A DNA stretch of 64,000 bases, from contig JBNKBE010000003.1 in assembly GCA_050287085.1 (NCBI GenBank), forward strand, positions 207,350 to 271,349, written 5' to 3'. Made by a program: the position numbers and the translations under genes. The notes beneath the pieces are model-generated. The model saw nothing but the letters and a program-made list of their open reading frames with translations. It had not been told where the DNA came from and did not search any database. Origin of the DNA: Polyangiaceae bacterium. Its GTDB lineage: Bacteria; Myxococcota_A; Polyangia; Polyangiales; Polyangiaceae. Below, piece after piece: positions 16,850-25,657 of this stretch (positions are counted from its first letter, which is position 1; each line of letters opens with the position of its first letter).

Positions 16850-18124
16850 CTACCGGCCAATACTCTCAAGAAATCTCCCAGCTGTCTCGGTTTCCGTAGG
16901 AGTTGCCTCGCAACGGAGCGGTTCGATTGAACCGGGAGCAGACTGCGGTTGCAATGCTGGGAAGTGCGCCCGAAGCGTCGAGAGCGCGTCGAGCGATAAG
17001 CGCCCGGCCTCGAGCCAAGCTTGGAGCGCCGGCTCGCTTGCGAGCGCTCGCCCTACGCGCAGGAACGCCGGTAGATACGTAAACTCGCGCCCTAATCCTC
17101 CCCCACGAAACGCGCGAAGGGCCACTTGAATCGCCTCCCGAGGCTCATAGTCCCGAGCGCGCAAGGTGCTGATGACATCCGCGAAGGTCGCTCCCGAGAA
17201 GAGCTGCTGCGCCGCCAGATGGCGCGCGCCGAGCTCGCGTCGGCGCCTGCGGCCGAGCAGTCCTGCTCGCGCTTCGTAGTACAGAGCGAGCCCCTCCTGC
17301 TCGTCGTTGCCCCCTCGAGACCCCGCGGCAAAAAGGCCGAGCGCCTGATAGCCAGCTCGGTGGCGGGGAAGCACATGGCCCCAAAACTCATGTACCGCGA
17401 CGCGGAGCGCTTCCTGGCGCGGCGCGACGCGATCGGCGGCCACGTAAACGACCCCCTGACCGGTAGCGGCCATCGCACTCAAGTCGTCGGTCACGACAAC
17501 TCGAAACGGGAGCCTCGCGCTCCCGATCCACCTCTGAAGCAGGGAAACCACGCTGGCTGGCTCCGCGGGCTCGTCGATGGCCACCGGTGGCTCTGATTCT
17601 GAACAGGCCCCCGCATCCCGAGTCCAATGCTCGGCCAGCTCCGACGCCTGGCCAAGCTCTCGCCCCTGAGCTGCAAAACGACGCTTAGCGAGACCGCAAA
17701 AAGCCCGGCCGCCAATGGCTCGCACGAGCTCGAGCTCGAGTTGGAGCTCCCGTATCCGGGCAGCGTAGAGCGACTCGAGGACAGCGCTTTCGTCCAGGCG
17801 CAACAAGGCGCCGGCGAGGTCAGCGGCCAGCCCGCCGAAAGATGGCCGGGGCCGATAGGTCAACTCCGGCACCAGCGAGCGCCCCAGCCTGGCCCGCTCG
17901 CTCAAGCGCATCCGCTCTGCCTCCAGATTCAACGGCTGACAACGGGCAAGAAGACCGATCTGCCGCTCCGCCGCAAGGATTAGCCGATCGAAGGGTGTGA
18001 GGGATGAAAAGGCCAAAGTGTAGAAGCTCGGCTCCAATAGGTGAGAGCCTAGGGGCACGAGGGCGTCAATAACAGCGTTTCGCGCCTGTACCAGAACGGC
18101 TCGTTCGCCTTGACCGCAGGGCAC
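16850..18124 (-). CDS. DUF1704 / QEGLA-motif metallopeptidase (MATCAP-like tyrosine/phenylalanine carboxypeptidase family)
   Basis: HEFWGH (HExxxH) followed by EQEGLA; C-terminal RAFRGGG..REFTYL. True start uncertain and probably downstream of 18124. Confidence 0.8.
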   Translation of the reverse strand: MPCGQGERAVLVQARNAVIDALVPLGSHLLEPSFYTLAFSSLTPFDRLILAAERQIGLLARCQPLNLEAERMRLSERARLGRSLVPELTYRPRPSFGGLAADLAGALLRLDESAVLESLYAARIRELQLELELVRAIGGRAFCGLAKRRFAAQGRELGQASELAEHWTRDAGACSESEPPVAIDEPAEPASVVSLLQRWIGSARLPFRVVVTDDLSAMAATGQGVVYVAADRVAPRQEALRVAVHEFWGHVLPRHRAGYQALGLFAAGSRGGNDEQEGLALYYEARAGLLGRRRRRELGARHLAAQQLFSGATFADVISTLRARDYEPREAIQVALRAFRGGGLGREFTYLPAFLRVGRALASEPALQAWLEAGRLSLDALSTLRAHFPALQPQSAPGSIEPLRCEATPTETETAGRFLESIGR

Positions 18125-18511
18125 ACTCCGCGCTGTCTAGACGGACCAACTGCACCCTCTTCACACGCCCCCATGGCCGTAGTCAGCGGAATTTTCGACA
18201 GGCGCCAGGCTCGCTGAACCGAAGTAGTAGGCCGTGGCACCGCGAGCGCGCAAATCCGCACAGACCAACCCCGCTGGGCCATCACCCTTGCTAGCATCCG
18301 GCGCGCTTGACGCAAGAGCCGATCCGACCTACCGCGGGCCGAAACACCGGGCAAGCTGGCGAACTACAATCTGCCGCCTGCCAAGGCCTACGCCATTGCA
18401 TACAGGGGCAGCACCTGGCTGGGCGACGCAAGCGAAAGCGCCGTCCGCGTTCTTTCTCTGAATCAGTCTCTCACAGGCCGCCCCTCGGGCGGCCCACGCC
18501 TTTGCGCGTGA

Positions 18512-18541
18512 TTGCCAGCGCGTGGAGCAACGCGGTAGACT
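18512..18541 (+). promoter_or_regulatory. Candidate sigma70-type promoter, possibly giving a leaderless transcript
   Basis: TTGCCA-N18-TAGACT ending 6 nt before the TTG at 18548. Confidence 0.25.
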
Positions 18542-18547
18542 CAGGAC

Positions 18548-21037
18548 TTGTCTGCACTTGACCGATCATTTTGGCTCGCCATCGGCGTAGTCGCCTACGT
18601 CGGGACCGCCGGAATGCACCGAAGCGGCGTCAGCGGAGGCCGTGTCTTGGCCCTCGTGCTGGTAGTGCTGGTACTGGCCCGGGTGTGGAGTCAATCGCGC
18701 GCGCAGACCATCCGCGCCTACGGGGGTGCGGGCGCACCTGGAGCGCTGCGACTGGCGGCAACCGGAGCCGCGTGTTGGGTTGCCGCTCGCACCGGCCCAC
18801 CCCAAGTCGACCTCTTGGAGCTCGCAGCCCTGGGCGGATTGGCCGCTGCGACCCTGGCAACTCTCTTCACGTTGGCCCGCGTACCGTTCGAACCGGGTTT
18901 GCTGCGCCCGATTGACAGCGTGTTGCCGGCGCCCGCGCAAAGCGGGCAAGGGCGACAAGTTCCCCGCATCTTGTCAGGAACGAGGGTCGAGGCCGGCAGC
19001 CGCGCCCGGCCACATCGGACGCTTTCCCTGGACGCCACGTGGTTTGCTGGCACGCTCTGGCTCGCAGCCTGGTTGGTGGTCGCGGCTCGCTTCAGTCGCG
19101 TGGGTCCCGCGCAGCTCGATCCCCTTTCGCTCGACTACGTCGTGGTGGCGGCCAGCATCGGCTCGCTCCTATTGCTGCTCGCGAGCACCTGGCGTCTCTC
19201 CGCACTGCGGCGCCTCGAATTGGGTACCGGCGATCGCGCTTCGGGAGCACTGGCCTTGATCGCGACCAGTCTGTGTGTGGCCTTGCCCACCGCCGCCGCT
19301 GATCTAGCGCCTCCCGATCGCGTGCTGCCAGTGGCGCTGATGGCGGCCTGCGCGCTCACCCAGTGGGCGCTACGCGTACGCGATCCACAGCACATCGCAG
19401 CGGTGTTGCGCAGCGCCATGGTGGTCATCGCGCTGGGGCTCCCCATCGCGCTGATTGGCGGCGCCGTCGCATTTGCGGCGCCGAGCCAAGCGGGACTGGT
19501 CACCCTCACCTGCTGCGGACTGGCATTGTTGTCTGGACTGGTGGCCCGCGAGGCAGCGCGGCCGCTCGCCCCCGAACAATCGCGTTGGCTCGCAGCCATC
19601 GCCGATGCTCGCGCATCGGCCCTGGTTCCGGAGCCGCAGACGGCGATCATCAGGACCCTTCAAGCGCTGAAACGCGCCAGTACCTCCCCCCAGGCTCGTC
19701 CCGAGCTGTATCTGCGCTTTCCCAGCCGTTTGCAGACGGTAGATGTCGCGGGTTACCTGCATGAACAAGACGCTTCCGCGCCTGACGAACTCTACGAACT
19801 CGCCCTTCAGGAACCCGAGCATACGCTGCGTGCCGAGGTACTCGCTGCGCTTTGTGTCCGCCGTCCGCTGGTGCGGCCGTTGCTCGACTGGTTCGAAGTG
19901 CGCGGCGCATTCTCGGCCACGTTGGTCTGCGACGAGGATAGCCCGATCGGTTTCTTGCTGCTCCCCAGAGGCGATCGCAGTCGCGCGTTGACGCTCGAAG
20001 AGGCGCGCAGTTTGCGCGCCCTGGCGGATCGTCTAAGTGCCCTATTCTCCGTGACAACGGCATTAGCGCGGGCGCGCCAGCGCCAATACGACGCCGAAGA
20101 CCACGCGGCGCAGCGGGAAGCTCAGGCCATGGCGGTGGAGCGACTGCTGGCCGGTCAGGTCGCGCGCAACGTGGTGCAAGCCAGAATGTTGGCCCGACCG
20201 CTTCTAGATAACGCCTTCAGCCCAGCAGCTCGCCTGTTGCTCGCCGCGCTTGAAGCCCCACCGCGCCCCACCCAGGCGACGCTGCTCCAACGCCCCCTCG
20301 GCGTCGCGGCTACGCCCTGGGCCGCCGCGCTGCATCTCAGTCGGGGCGAACGACGCGGACCACTGGTCGTGATCGATGCGGCTCTCTGGGCGCTCGACGC
20401 AGACGGACTCCACCATCCGAGTGCCATATTGGCGCTCGCCAGCAGCGGAACACTGCTGATCGATCGACTCGAATTGCTCCCCTTGCCAATCCAAGCTCAG
20501 CTGGCCAGTGAGCTTGGCAGTCGCACCCACGCCGCGAAGTCCGCGGAGGAAACACCCGCCGAGATCGTGCTCGGCTCAAGCCATGCGGCCTCCCAACTCT
20601 TGGAGCAAGGCCTCTTGCATCCCGCCCTCGCACAACTGACCGAACAGCGCACGTTTCGCCTGCCAACCTTGGAAGAGCGCCCAGAAGATCTGCGTAGCAT
20701 CATCATCACAACCCTGGCTCGCTCGCCCTTCCGTCGCGATGGCAACCCCCTCGGCATCAGCCGCAGCGCCATGCAGTTGCTGCTGGACTACGACTGGCCC
20801 GGAAATGACGCTGAGCTTGAGCTGGTCCTAGGCCGCGCGGCAGCCGACGCCGCGGGAGCCCAAGTCACCTACGAAACACTCGCTGGTCTGGCGACCCAAC
20901 TGAACATTCCAACTTTGGACACGAGCGCACGACCGACGGAAACTGAGGCAGCCCTCGACGCCGGATTGCAACGGCACGAGCCCCATCAGCCCCGTCGCGC
21001 GCGAACTCGCCGCCGCACGCCGCGACGACCGCGCTAG
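18548..21037 (+). CDS. Polytopic membrane protein with degenerate sigma54-activator (bEBP) AAA+ domain
   Basis: About 9 hydrophobic segments; GAF-like middle region (PIGFLLLP..LTLEEARSLRALAD); GPLVVIDAA, ASSGTLLID, LPTLEERPEDL, YDWPGNDAEL; no Walker A, GAFTGA or Fis HTH visible. Confidence 0.75.
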   Translation: MSALDRSFWLAIGVVAYVGTAGMHRSGVSGGRVLALVLVVLVLARVWSQSRAQTIRAYGGAGAPGALRLAATGAACWVAARTGPPQVDLLELAALGGLAAATLATLFTLARVPFEPGLLRPIDSVLPAPAQSGQGRQVPRILSGTRVEAGSRARPHRTLSLDATWFAGTLWLAAWLVVAARFSRVGPAQLDPLSLDYVVVAASIGSLLLLLASTWRLSALRRLELGTGDRASGALALIATSLCVALPTAAADLAPPDRVLPVALMAACALTQWALRVRDPQHIAAVLRSAMVVIALGLPIALIGGAVAFAAPSQAGLVTLTCCGLALLSGLVAREAARPLAPEQSRWLAAIADARASALVPEPQTAIIRTLQALKRASTSPQARPELYLRFPSRLQTVDVAGYLHEQDASAPDELYELALQEPEHTLRAEVLAALCVRRPLVRPLLDWFEVRGAFSATLVCDEDSPIGFLLLPRGDRSRALTLEEARSLRALADRLSALFSVTTALARARQRQYDAEDHAAQREAQAMAVERLLAGQVARNVVQARMLARPLLDNAFSPAARLLLAALEAPPRPTQATLLQRPLGVAATPWAAALHLSRGERRGPLVVIDAALWALDADGLHHPSAILALASSGTLLIDRLELLPLPIQAQLASELGSRTHAAKSAEETPAEIVLGSSHAASQLLEQGLLHPALAQLTEQRTFRLPTLEERPEDLRSIIITTLARSPFRRDGNPLGISRSAMQLLLDYDWPGNDAELELVLGRAAADAAGAQVTYETLAGLATQLNIPTLDTSARPTETEAALDAGLQRHEPHQPRRARTRRRTPRRPR

Positions 21038-21046
21038 GACAGGCCA

Positions 21047-24000
21047 TTGTCGACGTCAACGCCCTCCGCCGCGCCCCGGAGCCCCGCTCCGCCTCCGCTC
21101 GACCAACGATTTGAGCTCGAATACGAACTCGGGCGCGGCGCGTCGAGCATCGTCTACGCGGCCCGTAGTCTGGTCGACGGTTCACGGGTGGCGCTCAAGA
21201 TCTTAGCTCCTACGGCCCAAACGGCTGCCTTCGCGCAAGAGGTGAAGCTGCTGGGTCAACTATCACACCCTCACATCATTCGCGTTCTGGACTCGGGTCT
21301 GCTCTCGGACGGAAGACCCTGGCTGGCCATGGAATTGCTCCGCGGTCGCACCCTGGAGGCGCGCCTTCATGACGGACTGATGGACGTGGGTACGTGCCTG
21401 GAACTCATCGCCGCTCTCGCGGAGGGAGTGCAAGCGGCGCACGCGGCCGCAGTGCTGCACCGAGACATCAAGCCTTCCAATATATTCCTACGCGAGGCGG
21501 CGGACGGCAGCGAGGTTCCGGTCTTGATCGACTTTGGAGCCGCCGAACAGCTCGGCTCCACACACCTTTCCCAGAGCATCATCATAGGGACCCCCGCCTA
21601 CATGGCGCCGGAACAAATCCATGGTGATTCGCACGCCGACGAACGCTCCGATGTATACGGCTTGGGAGCCACGCTCTATGAACTACTGACCGGAGCGCCG
21701 CCCCATGCGGGCTCGTCGTACCTAGCGACCCTCGCACGCCTAGCCACCACTCGTCCGCGCCGAATTACCCAGGTTCGACCGGAATTGCCGCGCGACCTAG
21801 ATCGCTTCGTGTCGCAGATGCTATCGCGTTCACCCGCGGAGCGCCCAGGCTCGGCCGCGGAGGTAAGCCAAACCCTGCGACAGTTGCGCCGTCGTCTTGG
21901 GCAGGAGACCCTCACCGAGGCTGGCCCCGCGTCGGGACACCATTCATACTCATCGCGCGTGGTCACCACCTTGGTGGCCCTTGGCTTCACTGACGCCGCA
22001 GAGCGCGACCAGGCGGTGTCGCAGCTGAACGAACGGGGCGCCGTAGCCGTGCCGCTGGCCCGCGACGCGGTGGTCGCTCATTTCGGCCTCGAGCAATCAC
22101 AAGGCAGTGAAGCACCGAGTGCCATCCGTCTCGGCCGTCGTTTAGCCCGTCGTGCCGCACAAATCGGCATCGCAACTGGGCGGGCCCAGGTGTCAACAAA
22201 AGGAGGGCACCACCCTCCAGAAGCCATCGGACAGGTGGTGGACGCAGCAATGGCGCTCGCGGAAAGCGCAAACCCTCGCCAAGTGTTGGTCGACGCGACA
22301 ACCCAAGACTCAGGCCGCGCCCACTACTGCTTCGAACGACGGGACGAAGAGGTCTACGAGGTCGTTCCCGGAGCCGCGTCGCTCACCCCGGGAGCCATAG
22401 ACGGCGGCCCACCGTTCGTGGGAAGAGAGGCAGAACTGGCTCGAATCCGCTCGGCCTTCGCTCGCGCACAGGACGCGCAGCACTCCTTGCTGGTTTCTCT
22501 GACCGGCCCGCCCGGGATCGGAAAGTCCCGAACTCAGCGAGAGGCGGTGCGCCGCTTGCACGCGCAGATGCCAGTCGCGGTCGAGGTGCATCAACACAAC
22601 GAAGCGTACGGGCAACGTCGGGCGCTGGGCTGCGCACTCGACATTGTGCGGGGAGTGGTTCGGCTACCCCGCGGCGCAGCTGAAGTCGAGTGCCGCGCCG
22701 CCCTCACGGGCTTAGAGTGGGCTCACCCCCTCGACGAAGAACAAGTCGATACGTTTTGCGCCCTGATACGTGGAACAGTGCGTACCCCCGACGACGGAGC
22801 CGGCGAAGGCTTTCGTGACCGGCTCTGGTTGCTCCTCAATCGCTTGGTTGAAGCCGCGCTCGCGCGCGGCCCGGTGCTATTTGCGATCGACGACTTGCAG
22901 TGGGCGGACCCCGAAAGCATTGGCTGGCTCGACCACGTACTCAATCGCTTCGAGAATCGCCCTCTGTGGGTGATCATGACCACCCGCCCCACGCTCTGGG
23001 CGCAGCAAACAAGACGCTTTGCCACGCCCTCCCACGTGCGCATCGAGCTCGAACCGCTTTCCAACCAGGCCGTGCAGAAGATCGTCGCTGCCGTAGGCGG
23101 GTCCGGCGTGGAGCCGATGGTGCTGGCTCGCATCGTCCGGCAGGCAGCAGGCTCCCCTTTGCACGCCGAAGAGCTGTCCAGACTGATCGCCGCCGGCAAG
23201 AATATTGAGCTAGTACCCACCATCGAGGCGGCGATTCAGACAAGTCTGGATTCGCTCAGCGTTGAGCAACGTGAGGTACTCTCCAATATGTCGGTCTTTG
23301 GCAAGGCGGCCTGGGACGCGGGGTTGGAAACCTTGACGCACGACGTCCAGGATTCGCTCGAAGCGCTGGAACGGGCTGGGTTCATTGGACGCGCCTCTCG
23401 TTCCCGATTCTCCGATATGGAGGAATGGCGCTTTCGACAGGGCATGGTCCGTGAGGTCGCCTACAGCGCCCTGCCAACCAGCTTGCGCAAAGAGTTGCAC
23501 GAACGAGTGGCGTTGTGGCTGGTTGCGGCCGGGGAGGACGCGTCCATCATCGCTGGACACTGGGACCGTGCCGGGCGTCCCGAGGAAGCCGCAGGATACT
23601 GGGCCCAGGCAGCGCGACGTGCACTTGCGACCAGTTCGCTCGCCGACGCGCTCACGCTCGCGGAGCGCTCGCTCGCTTTTGCCTCCGACGGTAAAGTCGC
23701 CTTCGAGCGGGCCCGCTTGTGGGACGAGGCGTGGTCGCGACACGATGCTCGAGCGAGCGATCGGGAAAGCGCCATCTGTGCGATGGAGCAAAATGCCTTC
23801 GACGATCGGAGTCGCACCTACGCGCGCGGGGCCCGCGCGCGCTACGACGCCGCACGCGGTGACGGCCTGGACATCAATGCGCGACTAGCCGAGGCAAGCG
23901 AAGAGGCACGACGCCTCGGACTCCACGACGAACTGGTCTTGTGCACAGCCGAGCTCGCGCGCCGCCAGGTGTTTGCGGGGCGCTTCGCCGAAGGAGAAGC

Positions 24001-24919
24001 GGCCGCACGAGAACTGCTCTTGCTCAGTCGGGCACCCAACATGCGCGCCGCCGCGCTCGACGCGTGGCAGATCTTCGCCATCGTGCGCCAGAGCCAAGGT
24101 GCTCTAAGCAGCGCACTCGACGCGCGACGCAATGCCGTCAAAGCAGCCCAGGACGCAGGCCTACGCGAGCAGGAATCTGTTCTAAGTGCCAACCTTGGCT
24201 TTGCGCTTTCAACGATCGGCGCCCGGGCTGAGTCTCGACTGCTGCTGCAGACGGGCCTTTCTCTGGCCGAAGAGATCGGCAGCGAAGGGGCCAAGCGTCA
24301 CGCCCTGATGCTCCTACTTTGCTGGGCGGCGACCTACGGAGCCGAGCGCGAGCTGAACGCCGTGCTAGCGGAAACCCGGGAGGAAGCTGATTCCACCGCA
24401 GAAAACCACTGGCTTGCGCCAGCTCGGGAAAGCTTGGGAGCGATCTTCTACCGGGGGGTTGAGCTGCTGCGCACCACCGAACGCCCCCAACGGGCGCGCG
24501 CGCGTCAGCTGCTGAAGGTTGCGGCGACCGGCTATCGAGAATCCGGCAACCGCGACGTCTTGCCGGTCGCATTGGGCATGTGGGGTCGAGCGGAATTGCT
24601 GTCCGGCAACGCGGCGGGAGCTCTGGCTCTGGCGGAAGAGGCCGTGTCGTTACTCGCCGCCGACGGCGTAAGCCTGCTCAACGAGGCCCCGATATTCCTC
24701 GTTCTGCGCGACGCCTGCTTGGAGCTCCAAGATGAGGTTGGAGCGCGCCATGCCATCCAGGCCGGCATGGCTCCGCTCCTCAAGCGGACCTTGGGACTCG
24801 CGCAGACCGAATACGCACGCGCCTTTCTCACCGAGCTGGAAGACAACGCCCAGTTGGTGGCTGCAGGCGAGCGCCACGGTGTACTGCCCGTGCGGCTCCG
24901 CCTGTTACTGGAAGGCTAG
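21047..24919 (+). CDS. Ser/Thr kinase fused to degenerate cyclase-like domain, STAND ATPase and TPR-like repeats
   Basis: HRDIKPSN, DFG, GTPAYMAPE; PFVGREAEL, GPPGIGKS Walker A, IDDLQWAD Walker B; helical repeat C-terminus. Confidence 0.9.
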   Translation: MSTSTPSAAPRSPAPPPLDQRFELEYELGRGASSIVYAARSLVDGSRVALKILAPTAQTAAFAQEVKLLGQLSHPHIIRVLDSGLLSDGRPWLAMELLRGRTLEARLHDGLMDVGTCLELIAALAEGVQAAHAAAVLHRDIKPSNIFLREAADGSEVPVLIDFGAAEQLGSTHLSQSIIIGTPAYMAPEQIHGDSHADERSDVYGLGATLYELLTGAPPHAGSSYLATLARLATTRPRRITQVRPELPRDLDRFVSQMLSRSPAERPGSAAEVSQTLRQLRRRLGQETLTEAGPASGHHSYSSRVVTTLVALGFTDAAERDQAVSQLNERGAVAVPLARDAVVAHFGLEQSQGSEAPSAIRLGRRLARRAAQIGIATGRAQVSTKGGHHPPEAIGQVVDAAMALAESANPRQVLVDATTQDSGRAHYCFERRDEEVYEVVPGAASLTPGAIDGGPPFVGREAELARIRSAFARAQDAQHSLLVSLTGPPGIGKSRTQREAVRRLHAQMPVAVEVHQHNEAYGQRRALGCALDIVRGVVRLPRGAAEVECRAALTGLEWAHPLDEEQVDTFCALIRGTVRTPDDGAGEGFRDRLWLLLNRLVEAALARGPVLFAIDDLQWADPESIGWLDHVLNRFENRPLWVIMTTRPTLWAQQTRRFATPSHVRIELEPLSNQAVQKIVAAVGGSGVEPMVLARIVRQAAGSPLHAEELSRLIAAGKNIELVPTIEAAIQTSLDSLSVEQREVLSNMSVFGKAAWDAGLETLTHDVQDSLEALERAGFIGRASRSRFSDMEEWRFRQGMVREVAYSALPTSLRKELHERVALWLVAAGEDASIIAGHWDRAGRPEEAAGYWAQAARRALATSSLADALTLAERSLAFASDGKVAFERARLWDEAWSRHDARASDRESAICAMEQNAFDDRSRTYARGARARYDAARGDGLDINARLAEASEEARRLGLHDELVLCTAELARRQVFAGRFAEGEAAARELLLLSRAPNMRAAALDAWQIFAIVRQSQGALSSALDARRNAVKAAQDAGLREQESVLSANLGFALSTIGARAESRLLLQTGLSLAEEIGSEGAKRHALMLLLCWAATYGAERELNAVLAETREEADSTAENHWLAPARESLGAIFYRGVELLRTTERPQRARARQLLKVAATGYRESGNRDVLPVALGMWGRAELLSGNAAGALALAEEAVSLLAADGVSLLNEAPIFLVLRDACLELQDEVGARHAIQAGMAPLLKRTLGLAQTEYARAFLTELEDNAQLVAAGERHGVLPVRLRLLLEG

Positions 24920-24925
24920 AAGCTA

Positions 24926-25654
24926 CTATTCAGCGACCCCAAAGGCGTCGCCCGGAGCGTCGCGGAGCACGCGTCCGTCCTGCATCTCCACGACTCGTGG
25001 CATACGACTGGCGAAAGCCGGATTGTGAGTCACCACTACGACGGTGGTGCCGTAGTCCTGATTGATCCGAAAAAAGAGCTCATGCACCGCGTCTCCGGTA
25101 CGGCTATCGAGATTGCCGGTAGGTTCGTCGGCAAGCAGAAGCTTTGGCTCCAGCGCCAAGGCACGGGCAACCGCAACCCGTTGCTGCTCGCCCCCCGACA
25201 GTTCACCTGGTCGGTGCGTTTCCCGGTGGGCCAGCCCCACCAAATTGAGCAACTGCGATGCTCGTTCGCGCATTTGCTCCTTGGGAAGGCCCCCGATGAG
25301 CCCCGGCATCATCACATTCTCCAGCGCGGTGAACTCAGGGAGTAGATGGTGGAACTGAAAAACGAAGCCAACAAGCTGATTGCGCACCTGGGCTAGCTGA
25401 GCTCCGCTCAAACGAGTCAGCTCCCGACCCGCAAGGCACAAGCTGCCACTACTTGGAATGTCCAGCGTTCCGATGCAGTGCAGGAGTGTGCTCTTACCAG
25501 CGCCCGAGGCTCCAACGATGCTAAGTACCTCGCGCTGCCGTATGTCGAGGTCAATTCCTTTGAGCACATCCAGGCGATTGCCCATGTGCAAGAAGCTCTT
25601 CTTCAGGTCACGAATGACCACTAGCGGCTCAGAGTTCGATTCCATACTGTTCAT
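24926..25654 (-). CDS. lolD: Lipoprotein-releasing ABC transporter ATP-binding protein
   Basis: GASGAGKST, GFVFQFHHLLPEFTALENV, LSGGEQQR, ADEPTGNLD. Confidence 0.93.
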   Translation of the reverse strand: MNSMESNSEPLVVIRDLKKSFLHMGNRLDVLKGIDLDIRQREVLSIVGASGAGKSTLLHCIGTLDIPSSGSLCLAGRELTRLSGAQLAQVRNQLVGFVFQFHHLLPEFTALENVMMPGLIGGLPKEQMRERASQLLNLVGLAHRETHRPGELSGGEQQRVAVARALALEPKLLLADEPTGNLDSRTGDAVHELFFRINQDYGTTVVVVTHNPAFASRMPRVVEMQDGRVLRDAPGDAFGVAE

Positions 25655-25657
25655 GAC

